Virus record (IMG/VR): IMGVR_UViG_3300045988_144911
Reading direction: 5' to 3' (one strand)
Length of the DNA stretch: 53,928 nucleotides
From: a virus
A program made the position numbers and the translations under genes. Shown one piece after another: positions 1 to 8,623 of this stretch (position 1 is the first letter of the stretch; every line of letters starts with the position of its first letter). The notes below the pieces were generated by a model, which was given only the letters and a program-made list of their open reading frames with translations, made no database searches and was not told where the DNA came from.

Positions 1-119
1 CCGCTCCTGCGTCTCAAGAAGCGACGTTTTTATGTCTTTAAGGTCTTTAATCACGTCTGTATTGAACGCCCTCCCTATGGCTTTTATTATCGCCGTCCAA
101 GGGTTGACCCTGATAGGCG
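1..119. repeat. 119-bp direct terminal repeat, identical to 53810..53928 (circular-assembly overlap)
   Basis: Letter-for-letter identity of 1-119 with 53810-53928; a minus-strand gene reads through the junction. Confidence 0.95.
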
Positions 120-189
120 TTATCTGTATGAGGGTAAGCAGGATGATGATGGCTCCCCCGCTCCCCCACAGGATCTCTTTAAGTGTCAT
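1..189 (-). CDS. N-terminal part of a wrap-around membrane protein (148 aa in total; continues from 53809 down to 53552)
   Basis: ATG at 189..187 overlaps the upstream stop (ATGA). Reads MTLKEILWGSGGAIIILLTLIQITPIRVNPW... with one N-terminal TM segment, then joins in frame to the ORF ending at 53552. Confidence 0.7.
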   Translation of the reverse strand, partial: MTLKEILWGSGGAIIILLTLIQITPIRVNPWTAIIKAIGRAFNTDVIKDLKDIKTSLLETQER

Positions 190-287
190 TTCTCAAGCTC
201 CTTCCGGACAGCCTCCCGATACCTCTCCGGAATCTGCTCGATCGTGATCTTCCCCAGCTTCACCTTAATCGCAAGAAACTTAACCAC
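186..287 (-). CDS. XkdX-like small phage protein (33 aa)
   Basis: GTG start 7 nt after GGAGG. Reads MVKFLAIKVKLGKITIEQIPERYREAVRKELEK, which has the XkdX-type KIT.EQ signature and sits after the fibre genes; too short for the ORF track. Confidence 0.55.
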   Translation of the reverse strand: MVKFLAIKVKLGKITIEQIPERYREAVRKELEK

Positions 288-495
288 CAGTCTCACCTCC
301 TGTTATCATCTCAAGAAGAGCCGATTCAAGGGCAGAAAGACGGTCTTCGTATGTGGGAGGCTGAGATACAAGCTGCTTTTCGTATTCTTCCTGAGCCGCT
401 TTAGCTTCTGCTATTTCTTCAGGAGTATATTCTCGTTCAACGTAACTAATTGCTCCGGTAACTCCATTCACTATAACTTCTATACGCTTATCCAA
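280..495 (-). CDS. small fibre-associated protein (XkdW-position); start uncertain (TTG 495 or ATG 522)
   Basis: ORF 280..522. TTG at 495 overlaps the upstream TAA and is preceded by GGAGGTG. Acidic helical protein ending in a LSALESALLEMI-type motif. Confidence 0.55.
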   Translation of the reverse strand: MDKRIEVIVNGVTGAISYVEREYTPEEIAEAKAAQEEYEKQLVSQPPTYEDRLSALESALLEMITGGETGG

Positions 496-2023
496 GTCTG
501 TACACCTCCACAGTAAATCCATTTGAAAGCATCAAATTATTGTCAGCATCATAGCTTGCCGAATTTAATTTTAACTCTATGAAGTCATCGTGATCGGCTA
601 ATGCATACACATAAAATGTGCTCTCAACTTTACTTCGGGAACCATACCCCATAAATTGCGGATATTGCTGAATATATTTATAATCAGCTTCGGTTGTAGA
701 GGAATTTAAATTCATAGCATTCATTTTTGTGCTGTTTCCGAAATAAACTTCAATGTTATAAAATGGCGGCAACATACAGGAATTTTTGCAAGTCGCTCCG
801 ATATTATTACCATATCTCGACTTTACATATCCGCTTGTATCTTTAGCATTAATGTTTAAATAGTAGTTAACTGATCCCCATGCAAAACCAGATAAAATAA
901 CTTTGATTTCCTTTGCAGAAAATCCGCTTATCCTATATATCTGAATAGTACTTTTTTCAATGTGCCATTTTGACACATCAACTGTTGTGTTATTTGTATT
1001 GGGATATGTTATATCTGTGCTTCCATTTCTAAGAGTAAAAGTGTTTGCATCAATCACTCCAACGGTAAGTTTGGCTGTGCTTTGCAATAATGTCGAACAA
1101 AGTTCAAATGGAATTGTTGCAAATGACCCGTCAGGAATAACCATTACAGTGTCACCAGTCGTCAGTCCGTGTCCAGCACAAGTAAAAACTCCAGTTGTCA
1201 AGTCAAGCGCAGTCGGTTGAATTACGGGATTTCCAGAATGAACATACTTAGCTATAAGTCTGTCACTTCCACCACTCCCACCAACCTCCGTCGGCACAAC
1301 AATTCCATCAGCCCCGATTCCGAGGAACTTACCAGAGTTTGCGGTGCCTTGGTTTTTATCGAGCTTTTCCATAAGAGTGCTTTCGGCAGTTTCATAAGGA
1401 TACATACGCTTCCAGCCGCCGCCTACACTTCCCTGAATATACTGGATGTAGAAGTTTGAGTTCTGGTCTATGAGAGCAATATATGCATAACACTTCTGAC
1501 TGCCACTGCTTGCAGTGTTGTCAATCTGCGACACACATACAAAACCTCTGAGAGACGAGTTAGCAGCTTTGGCAGCATCGGGAATATCCGTTACCCTTCT
1601 GTTGACATATGCTGTATAAAACCCGACCTGTGTAAGCCCCACAACATAATCGATAACCGTTCCGCTGCTGATATAAACACCGTAAGGACTTGCATATGTC
1701 CCACTGTTAATCGGATTTACATACTTGTAATTAAGCCCCGGAAACGTCAGACTGTTTAAGAACCTTTTCGCATCTGAAGAAGCTCCATTTACAGATATGT
1801 TCCCGCTTCCATCATCCGAAAATTCAGCTCCGGAAGAATTCTTCCACCCCACATCTCCGTTGGCATTGCTGTTCTTCGTAAGCACCTGACCGGTCGTGCC
1901 GCCGTCAGGCACTCCTCCGGAGCCGGGAAGACCCCTGTCGCCCTTTTCTCCTTTATCACCCTTTATCGCGGGAATCGAAACAATATTCCCGTTCTCGTCT
2001 TTTACGCGTAATATTGCCGCCAT
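488..2023 (-). CDS. tail fibre protein with collagen-like Gly-X-Y segment
   Basis: ATG at 2023 preceded by AAAGGAG. N-terminus MAAILRVKDENGNIVSIPAIKGDKGEKGDRGLPG; long beta-rich C-terminal region. Confidence 0.75.
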   Translation of the reverse strand: MAAILRVKDENGNIVSIPAIKGDKGEKGDRGLPGSGGVPDGGTTGQVLTKNSNANGDVGWKNSSGAEFSDDGSGNISVNGASSDAKRFLNSLTFPGLNYKYVNPINSGTYASPYGVYISSGTVIDYVVGLTQVGFYTAYVNRRVTDIPDAAKAANSSLRGFVCVSQIDNTASSGSQKCYAYIALIDQNSNFYIQYIQGSVGGGWKRMYPYETAESTLMEKLDKNQGTANSGKFLGIGADGIVVPTEVGGSGGSDRLIAKYVHSGNPVIQPTALDLTTGVFTCAGHGLTTGDTVMVIPDGSFATIPFELCSTLLQSTAKLTVGVIDANTFTLRNGSTDITYPNTNNTTVDVSKWHIEKSTIQIYRISGFSAKEIKVILSGFAWGSVNYYLNINAKDTSGYVKSRYGNNIGATCKNSCMLPPFYNIEVYFGNSTKMNAMNLNSSTTEADYKYIQQYPQFMGYGSRSKVESTFYVYALADHDDFIELKLNSASYDADNNLMLSNGFTVEVYRLG

Positions 2024-2034
2024 GCGTTCTCCTT

Positions 2035-2829
2035 TCATTCCGTCCACGCATAAGTTGATTCTGTGTGCTGATAAATCGTGCCGCCGGTGAGCGTTCTGCC
2101 GTTCGACGTAAGTGACAAAGCCGCTCCGGCTGTCCCGTTTTCAATGTTCGCGTCGAAGGTTACGGTGGTGCTGCTTGAAGAGTAATTTGTCCCCCGGACT
2201 TTTATCTGCCCCCGGAGATTCACGCTCACAGCCCCAATAATCAGATTTCTTGCATTTGTATAAAGACTCGTCTTTCCGAGAGTCTTTGATACGTATGCCG
2301 AACCGTTAACCGAGCAGTAAACAGTCGATGACTTGTTTGAGTGACCATATATGTCAAGCGTATACCATACCCCGGCAGATATAGTCCAGTTCGTCCATTC
2401 AGCCGACGCTGCAGTACCGCTGTATTTGTTCTGCGCGCACACATGACCCGAGGTGTTTATATATACCTGCCATCCCGCATTGGTCACCATGTTGTACGCA
2501 AGCACACGGTTTTCAATCAGGGAATCTATCTTAAAGGTGAGTGTTACACCCCACACCGCCGAATCTTCGCAATAATCGTTGAATGATTTCCCGTCCGTGC
2601 AGGTAAGCTGCCCGGAAACATATTTGTAGTCGTTGACCGTCTGAGTAGTCAGCCGTCTTGATATGACCGTTGCGTTTCCGCTTTCGTCAACAGATACGAC
2701 TTTTTGTATGTTCCTTGTCGCCGTACCGTCATATGCTTTCACGTCGAGACACCCGGAATCGGTTGAGCCTGCTGCCGCCTGTCCTTTCACTGCGCCGCCG
2801 ACCGACACGTAAATATTAGCCAGCTTCAT
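2035..2829 (-). CDS. tail/fibre-associated protein, possible lectin (ConA/LamG-like) fold
   Basis: 264-aa ORF tightly packed between two fibre genes; beta-rich and W/Y/N/T/S-rich. Fold assignment is a guess. Confidence 0.5.
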   Translation of the reverse strand: MKLANIYVSVGGAVKGQAAAGSTDSGCLDVKAYDGTATRNIQKVVSVDESGNATVISRRLTTQTVNDYKYVSGQLTCTDGKSFNDYCEDSAVWGVTLTFKIDSLIENRVLAYNMVTNAGWQVYINTSGHVCAQNKYSGTAASAEWTNWTISAGVWYTLDIYGHSNKSSTVYCSVNGSAYVSKTLGKTSLYTNARNLIIGAVSVNLRGQIKVRGTNYSSSSTTVTFDANIENGTAGAALSLTSNGRTLTGGTIYQHTESTYAWTE

Positions 2830-2830
2830 G

Positions 2831-4039
2831 TCAGTACACCAGATAAACCGTGTTCGCAGTAAGCACAGACGGAAGCTCGTCTACAATTTCTATCGACTTC
2901 TGCCCGTCCCACTTGGATATCTTCGCCGCCGTAATCGTGTCAAGCGCCGCCTTGTTGTCGTGCGCGTGCTTCTTTGTAACAGCATCGGAGAGATTGACAT
3001 TCGTCTGATTGTAGGTATCAAGCAGCTGCTTGTTGTCATGGGAGTGCTTCTTCGTCACAGCGTCAGACAGGTTGGCATTCGTCTGATTGTAGCTGTCAAG
3101 CAAAGCCTTGTTGCCGTGAGAATGCTTGCTCGACACCGCGCTTGCAAGATTCGCCTCGGTCTGCGCGTAGCTGTCAAGCAAAGCCTTGTTTGAGTGCGTA
3201 TGCCGCGCCGCCGTGTTGGCATTTATGGCATCGGTCGGTATCGAGCCGTCCACATATGCCTTTATTGTCTTGTTCATGACCGGGTTCTCGGAGGTGTCGG
3301 ACATCTCCGTGTCAACGGTAGTTGAGCCTCCCCCGCCTCCCGGAGCGGTATACAGCTTTCCGTCAGTGTCAACCCCGACGCTCTGTGTCATGGACGCGGT
3401 CTTCGCAACGGGATTGTAAAGCGGCGCGTTCCCGTCAATGTCTATCTGGACGTTGTACCCCTCCGGCATATCCCCGGAGCCGACATAGACTCCCGAAACA
3501 CCCTGCGCTCCGGCAGCTCCTGTTGCCCCGGTGTCGCCTTTCTCGCCCTTGTCGCCCTTCTCGCCTGTGTCTCCCTTGTCGCCCTTTATCTTTCCGGCGG
3601 CAATGTCCGACTTTATTTCAGCCATGTCGGAGGCGGCAGCGGCGGCAGAGTCAGCGGCTGATTTCGCATAATCCTTTATCTGCTCGGTCTCGGTCGGTGT
3701 CGGTGTCTGCGACGGAAGCCCGGAGCCTTTCACCGTCTCGGCGACATACATCCTGCCCGGAAACGAACGGATGACCCTGCCGGATACCGAACCCTCGACA
3801 GCGAACCGTATGACCCCGGTCTTTGCCGTAGCCTCATGCGGTATGTCGATCTCCTCCGACGTGAGCAGAACCGAAACCGGCTTTCCCATCACCGGATAGA
3901 ACGTCACGGTCTTGGTCAGCCCCGTCCATTCCTCCCCGAATATAAAGCGCATACGCTCCACCCCGTAAGACCCGCTCGTCCCCGCACGGATCTCCTTCGG
4001 CTCAAGATCGTATACGCCCACGTTTATTTCATGTACCAT
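2831..4039 (-). CDS. tail fibre / receptor-binding protein with collagen-like repeats and HxH-NK-LLD repeats
   Basis: GDKGDTGEKGDKGEKGDTGATGAAGAQG stretch plus 3.4 copies of a 26-aa repeat (H[ST]H.NK.LLD.Y.QT.ANL..AV..K) typical of Firmicutes phage fibres. Confidence 0.8.
   Translation of the reverse strand: MVHEINVGVYDLEPKEIRAGTSGSYGVERMRFIFGEEWTGLTKTVTFYPVMGKPVSVLLTSEEIDIPHEATAKTGVIRFAVEGSVSGRVIRSFPGRMYVAETVKGSGLPSQTPTPTETEQIKDYAKSAADSAAAAASDMAEIKSDIAAGKIKGDKGDTGEKGDKGEKGDTGATGAAGAQGVSGVYVGSGDMPEGYNVQIDIDGNAPLYNPVAKTASMTQSVGVDTDGKLYTAPGGGGGSTTVDTEMSDTSENPVMNKTIKAYVDGSIPTDAINANTAARHTHSNKALLDSYAQTEANLASAVSSKHSHGNKALLDSYNQTNANLSDAVTKKHSHDNKQLLDTYNQTNVNLSDAVTKKHAHDNKAALDTITAAKISKWDGQKSIEIVDELPSVLTANTVYLVY
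2951..3215. repeat. 78-bp tandem repeat, about 3.4 copies, inside the fibre gene
   Basis: Units start at 2951, 3029, 3107 and 3185 (cttgttg...); period is exactly 78 bp, or 26 aa. Confidence 0.9.
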
Positions 4040-4048
4040 GTTATCTCC

Positions 4049-4921
4049 TTATGTCACCCACGGAGGGCTTCCCGATGTTATCCCGGTCGTGTATATCGCG
4101 CCGTCGGTTATCCATATTCCGGTGTTCCCGACGCGGAGAACAAGTGCAGTCGTACTACTGTTGTACTTCTCTATGCCGATAAAGGCATCGGACGAACCGA
4201 GATTTGTGGTGTAGGATATTTCCTGACTTGCCTCTCCCGCAAGCGTCGTCAGAGCCATCTCCTGACTGTTTACGACAAGAGAACCGGAGCGCGGGTCTGT
4301 TATGTTCCCGCCGGTGTCGTTCGCTCTTATCTCAATTCCCTTGGAGTAACCCACCCCGTCAGGAGTTTCCGAGACGTATATCTTAACGTCAGAGGATTTG
4401 CCCGACGTGCTGTCGAACTGATAGGTTGACCCTATCTGAATCCCCGCACCCTCGGTAATATCGCTCCCCAGAATACAGCCCTTCTTGATGACCGCCGCAT
4501 TCATCGTTGCTTTGCCTGTCCGGTCTACGTTGAAATTTGTCGATGCTATCCTGATATTATCCGATGTCATGTTTATCGTCTTCCCCGCAAGGCTTATGTG
4601 GTCTGCCCCGACCGTGTACGTCCCGGCATTGAAATCAACCTTGTCTGCCCGGAGCGTTGCCGAGGACTGCCCGTTTATCGACTGCAGAATAAGCGATGCG
4701 TCTGCCTTGTAGCCGCCTGCACCGTCAGAGGAAACAACAGCTGCAATTGCCTGTCCGTTCTTCGTGTTCGTCTCAATGACGTTCGACAGCTTCGGGATGT
4801 TGTCCTCGTCGAGGTTGTTTATCTGATCCTCATATGCCCGACGGAACTTTATCTGCTCGTCATTTTGCTTCTTTACCGTCTTTGTCAGCTCGTCGAGCTT
4901 CTTTTTTATCATCTCAAACAA
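4049..4921 (-). CDS. tail spike / fibre-like structural protein
   Basis: 290 aa with an N-terminal coiled-coil (MFEMIKKKLDELTKTVKKQNDEQ) followed by a beta-rich G/S/T/N-rich body; overlaps the upstream gene by 13 nt. Confidence 0.55.
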   Translation of the reverse strand: MFEMIKKKLDELTKTVKKQNDEQIKFRRAYEDQINNLDEDNIPKLSNVIETNTKNGQAIAAVVSSDGAGGYKADASLILQSINGQSSATLRADKVDFNAGTYTVGADHISLAGKTINMTSDNIRIASTNFNVDRTGKATMNAAVIKKGCILGSDITEGAGIQIGSTYQFDSTSGKSSDVKIYVSETPDGVGYSKGIEIRANDTGGNITDPRSGSLVVNSQEMALTTLAGEASQEISYTTNLGSSDAFIGIEKYNSSTTALVLRVGNTGIWITDGAIYTTGITSGSPPWVT

Positions 4922-6312
4922 TCTCTCTCACCTCCGTATGCAATCTCGGTCTGTAAATACTCAATGCGGCAGTGTCCCGTACCGGAGACAGTCAGCTTAT
5001 GCCCGAAATCGCACGTCTGCCGTATCAGCGTCGAAAGCACCACGACCCCGACCTTTGCCCCGGAATCGGAAAGAATCCGGTCTCCGTACTTCAGCTTCAC
5101 GTTGCCGCCCGTCGGTATAACGCACCGGATGCGCGCCTTCTTCAGTCTCTTCTCCTGAAGCTCTCCGCCGAGCGTGAGATCCGTCGTGAACTCAAAAGCC
5201 CCGTACTCGCCGGAGGGTATCGATTTTATCTTTCCCGTGTCGGTGAGCGCGTAAAGAGAGTCATCGTTGTACGTCATCCCGATTATCTTTTCGTTGCATT
5301 CTATTCCGCCGAAGCATCCCGTCGCCGGACAGTAGGTGAATATGAAATTCTCCGCCGGAACATAGGCATAAAGCACGTTGTCCCATGTGCCGAGGATCGA
5401 ACCCTCAAAGGACGATATCTTCAGCTTGTCGGAGATCCTTTCCGGATATCCCCCGGTAAATGCGTATATCCCGTCGTCGGAAACATAAAACAGTATCTGC
5501 GAACACTCGCATATGGCAAGGTTCGATATCGCGCCCTTTGCCGATATGTCGTTCAGCCGGAAGGGATATTTCGTGTTCGCCGTCTGGTGGATGAAATCCC
5601 GCTTGAAGCCGAGAACATGGTTGTCGTAGGTAACTATCCCGGTAAACTCCCCGTCAGCTTTTATGTTCGCCTGCGTCGCGGAATTCCACGGCATGGATGC
5701 GGAATCTTCGTCAGCCGTCGCCGGGAGCCAGCTTGCATAATCGTTGAATGCCGAGGCGTATATTTTACCGTCCTTTACGCCCCACAAACGCCCCTGATAA
5801 ACCGTTATCCAACGGAGCGCCGGAGCGTCGTTCGTCAGATACGAAACCGTAAAATCCGCGTTCTGCTCATAATCGAACGAGTACCTGTCGGGATAGATGA
5901 GTATCTTTCTCACATACACCGACCCGGCAACGCCGGAGTCTCCGGAGGAATATAAATTGAATCTCGCAAGGGAGCGCGGATATTCGTCAGCCTCCGTCGC
6001 CCCCGTTGCCTTTATTGTCGAATGATATACGGCAGAGCCTTTGCGGTAATCGAGCTTTATCGCCCCTCCGTCCCGGTAAATCACGATAAGCACATCCCCG
6101 AATCCGTGTATGGATATGGGATGCGCGTACCCTGTAATAACGTCCTTCGGTATCTGCTCCGCCTCAAGCGCGGGAATGTCCTTCACGGAAATGTTTTTGC
6201 ACGAAGTAAGCTCCCCGCTGTCGTAGTCGTCTCTCCGGTTAAGCCCCGCCCATGAGGTCTTTACCGTTCTCCTGTTCTGCTCCGCCGAGGGTATCGCCGA
6301 CTCAAGATACAT
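4909..6312 (-). CDS. large tail structural protein (beta-propeller-like, candidate tail hub/nozzle)
   Basis: ATG at 6312 in an ATGA overlap with the upstream stop; 467 aa, beta-rich, sits directly after the connector genes. Function inferred from position. Confidence 0.5.
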   Translation of the reverse strand: MYLESAIPSAEQNRRTVKTSWAGLNRRDDYDSGELTSCKNISVKDIPALEAEQIPKDVITGYAHPISIHGFGDVLIVIYRDGGAIKLDYRKGSAVYHSTIKATGATEADEYPRSLARFNLYSSGDSGVAGSVYVRKILIYPDRYSFDYEQNADFTVSYLTNDAPALRWITVYQGRLWGVKDGKIYASAFNDYASWLPATADEDSASMPWNSATQANIKADGEFTGIVTYDNHVLGFKRDFIHQTANTKYPFRLNDISAKGAISNLAICECSQILFYVSDDGIYAFTGGYPERISDKLKISSFEGSILGTWDNVLYAYVPAENFIFTYCPATGCFGGIECNEKIIGMTYNDDSLYALTDTGKIKSIPSGEYGAFEFTTDLTLGGELQEKRLKKARIRCVIPTGGNVKLKYGDRILSDSGAKVGVVVLSTLIRQTCDFGHKLTVSGTGHCRIEYLQTEIAYGGERDCLR

Positions 6313-6911
6313 CACTCGCCGTACCTTTCCTGCCGCTTTCTCGCCCACTCGGTGAACGACGAAAGCTGCGCATTGTAATCCTCAAGCCACTTTGCCGCCT
6401 GCCCGTCGTCGTTGGCAATCTTGTAAGCCTCGCCGCGCAGTTTCGACATGACAAGCTCAAGCCACTCATAAGGCAGCATCACAACACCCGTGACCGCCGT
6501 CTTTATCGCCGGACGTATCCTGCGGATAACGGTGACGGTGTCAGGCTCAACTATGGGCGAAACCTTAACGCTGTCCCCGTCCTGCCAGTAAATCCCCTTG
6601 TCCCCGTCGAAAATGACCGAGGATATCACCCCCGCCCGGACATACTCCCTGCCGTCGCCGTATACCTTCATGATATCGTCGTACCGGCAGAAATCCTCTC
6701 CGGTTCCGGAGGTTATCGAGGACAGAGCAAATCCCCCGCCGGCAAGCGTCACGTTCTGCCTGCCGTAAAAGCCGAGGATGTCGGTATATATAAGCTGTTC
6801 CAGCGCGTTTACCCACCTGATATAGGCGGAATCGGGTATGCTCCCGGCAATATCCACCTCGCCCGAAAGCTCGGTGATGATGTCGGAAAGCGTAACTCCG
6901 GAAGAATACAT
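6312..6911 (-). CDS. head-tail connector/adaptor-like protein
   Basis: 199-aa ORF downstream of the capsid gene; position and size only. Confidence 0.45.
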   Translation of the reverse strand: MYSSGVTLSDIITELSGEVDIAGSIPDSAYIRWVNALEQLIYTDILGFYGRQNVTLAGGGFALSSITSGTGEDFCRYDDIMKVYGDGREYVRAGVISSVIFDGDKGIYWQDGDSVKVSPIVEPDTVTVIRRIRPAIKTAVTGVVMLPYEWLELVMSKLRGEAYKIANDDGQAAKWLEDYNAQLSSFTEWARKRQERYGE

Positions 6912-6920
6912 AAACTCACC

Positions 6921-7259
6921 TCACAACCATGACGGAACACCGTATCTCCGTCTCTTTCTCTTTTCAGCCCACACGGTGCGGTAGGCATAATCGCATCCGC
7001 TCTCGAATGCGCTCTTTCTCTCGCTGTCGCCGTTCTTCAGGTAGACAATGCTGTCCTTCAGAACCGGCATGAACTCGTCGTATACGGCAACCTCGTCGTC
7101 ATATGCCGTCACGACCGAACGCTCCCCGCCTTTGAAAACAGCGGCGACTCCGTAACGCGCGACAAGAATGTCAAGCGTCTCGTTAGCCGCCGCTATGAAT
7201 TCAGCCTGAGAGAGAGGAGCAATGTTGTTGCATCTGTCATACAGCTCCTTGAAAAGCAC
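6921..7259 (-). CDS. head-tail connector-like protein
   Basis: GTG start preceded by AAAGGAG; 112 aa; first gene after the capsid gene. Confidence 0.45.
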   Translation of the reverse strand: MLFKELYDRCNNIAPLSQAEFIAAANETLDILVARYGVAAVFKGGERSVVTAYDDEVAVYDEFMPVLKDSIVYLKNGDSERKSAFESGCDYAYRTVWAEKRKRRRYGVPSWL

Positions 7260-7275
7260 TGTAAAGCTCCTTTCC

Positions 7276-7305
7276 GGGAGGGAAACGGAGAACCGAATCC
7301 CTCCC
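7276..7305 (-). promoter_or_regulatory. 8-bp GC stem-loop just after the capsid gene stop (mRNA stabiliser or attenuator candidate)
   Basis: GGGAGGGA...TCCCTCCC inverted repeat between the MCP stop (7320) and the next RBS; no clear U-run. Confidence 0.35.
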
Positions 7306-7319
7306 CATCAGGTTATTTC

Positions 7320-8570
7320 TCAGTTTGCGTTGCAGTTGGTGAACTTCACGCAGCCGCCCGGATTCTTGCAGATGAAGTCTCCGTAGAGCGTGAGAAGTCC
7401 TCTGTAGTACGAGTAGTTCGGAACAAGGATGAAGTCCGTGCCGCCCTGATCTGCAAAGCCGAGGGTGGTGTGGTGCAGCTCCCAGTCGGAGGTCGCAACG
7501 CCCCATGCCTCGTTTGTCGGAACGAATCTCTCGTTGACGACAACGACCTCGCGGTTTCCGACGACAACGGTGTAGCCGACAGCACCGCCCTTGAACTTCA
7601 TGGTCTTGTCGACGTAAACGGTGTTGTTGGTGCGCATATACTTCTGATATGCCGTGAATGCCGCATCACCCATGAGGATCATGTCGATCTGCGCGTTCTT
7701 GAAGTCCTGCGCACGCTTGACTCCGTCATAGAGGACGATGTCGCCGAGAGCGTTCTTTGCGTCAACGACAGTGGGTTTTACCCAGATGTTGTCAGCCTTG
7801 GTTACGCCGTAGATGGAGGCAACGCCGTCATCCATGACCGCACCGAGACCGGTGAACTCTCTCTTGTATGACTTCTGAAGAGTCACAAAGCCGAAGGTGC
7901 CGACAGCCGTTGCATCGGCAGAGGTAAGCGCCGTCTTCGCGGTGACAGCCTTGTCAAGCGTGACCGCATATCCCTTGGAGGTGGTATTGTACTCACGGTT
8001 GACCGCGAGAACCCTTGCCCCGGCGGTTGCCGGAGCGGTGCCGGAAGCGGTTGCCGAGGTGTTTGCATATGCGTCGATGATCATGCCCTCGCGGACGGTG
8101 ACGCAGTCGGAGACGTAAATGGTGGTCGCGCCGTCTGCCGCCGCCATGATCGACGCAAGGATACCGGAGCCGTTGCCGAAAAGCACACGACCGAGGTTGA
8201 ACTCCGCCGCAGTGTATGCGCTCTTGATCTCATGGTCAAGTGCGTTCATCATCGCACCCTGATTGTTGGACGCGAGCTTGACTGCCTTGTCGGAGATCTC
8301 GATGTTGCAGTAGAGGTCGTGTGCCTGAGTCTTGAAGCCCTTGTAGAGCTGAGGACCGGAATCGGGAGTAGCCGCAGATTCCGGACCGCCGAAGCCTACG
8401 CCGCCGTTGAAGCCGACGGGAGCCGAAGCGACGATGTCGTTTGACATGAGCGGAACCTTCTTGATCTTCTCAAGGAAGGGAGAAGCCTCCGTAGTGAGCT
8501 GGTTTTCAAACGCGGGAAGATACGCGTTTTTGATTATGTCCGCAATAGCGGTAATGGTCTGAACTGCCAT
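7320..8570 (-). CDS. major capsid protein (HK97-fold type)
   Basis: 416 aa following the scaffold gene. Motifs such as MNALDHEIKSAYTAAEFNLGRVLFGNGSG resemble HK97-family capsid proteins. Confidence 0.8.
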   Translation of the reverse strand: MAVQTITAIADIIKNAYLPAFENQLTTEASPFLEKIKKVPLMSNDIVASAPVGFNGGVGFGGPESAATPDSGPQLYKGFKTQAHDLYCNIEISDKAVKLASNNQGAMMNALDHEIKSAYTAAEFNLGRVLFGNGSGILASIMAAADGATTIYVSDCVTVREGMIIDAYANTSATASGTAPATAGARVLAVNREYNTTSKGYAVTLDKAVTAKTALTSADATAVGTFGFVTLQKSYKREFTGLGAVMDDGVASIYGVTKADNIWVKPTVVDAKNALGDIVLYDGVKRAQDFKNAQIDMILMGDAAFTAYQKYMRTNNTVYVDKTMKFKGGAVGYTVVVGNREVVVVNERFVPTNEAWGVATSDWELHHTTLGFADQGGTDFILVPNYSYYRGLLTLYGDFICKNPGGCVKFTNCNAN

Positions 8571-8623
8571 GGTTGATTAAAATCCTTTCTTGTGTTTGTA
8601 ATAAAATCAATCAGTGTGTAATA

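Noticed and set aside
32-404. Plus-strand ORFs 32..247 and 183..404 at the window start
   Set aside because: They lie opposite the XkdX-like and wrap-around genes, which have proper RBS and ATGA coupling. They have no RBS and their composition is poor.
2951-3215. Diversity-generating retroelement template/variable repeats in the fibre gene
   Set aside because: The repeats are tandem and in-frame, not a distant TR/VR pair. No reverse transcriptase is encoded anywhere in the genome.
4972-5955. 327-aa plus-strand ORF
   Set aside because: It is antisense to the 467-aa tail protein within the tightly coupled late operon. It is Arg-rich and has no RBS.
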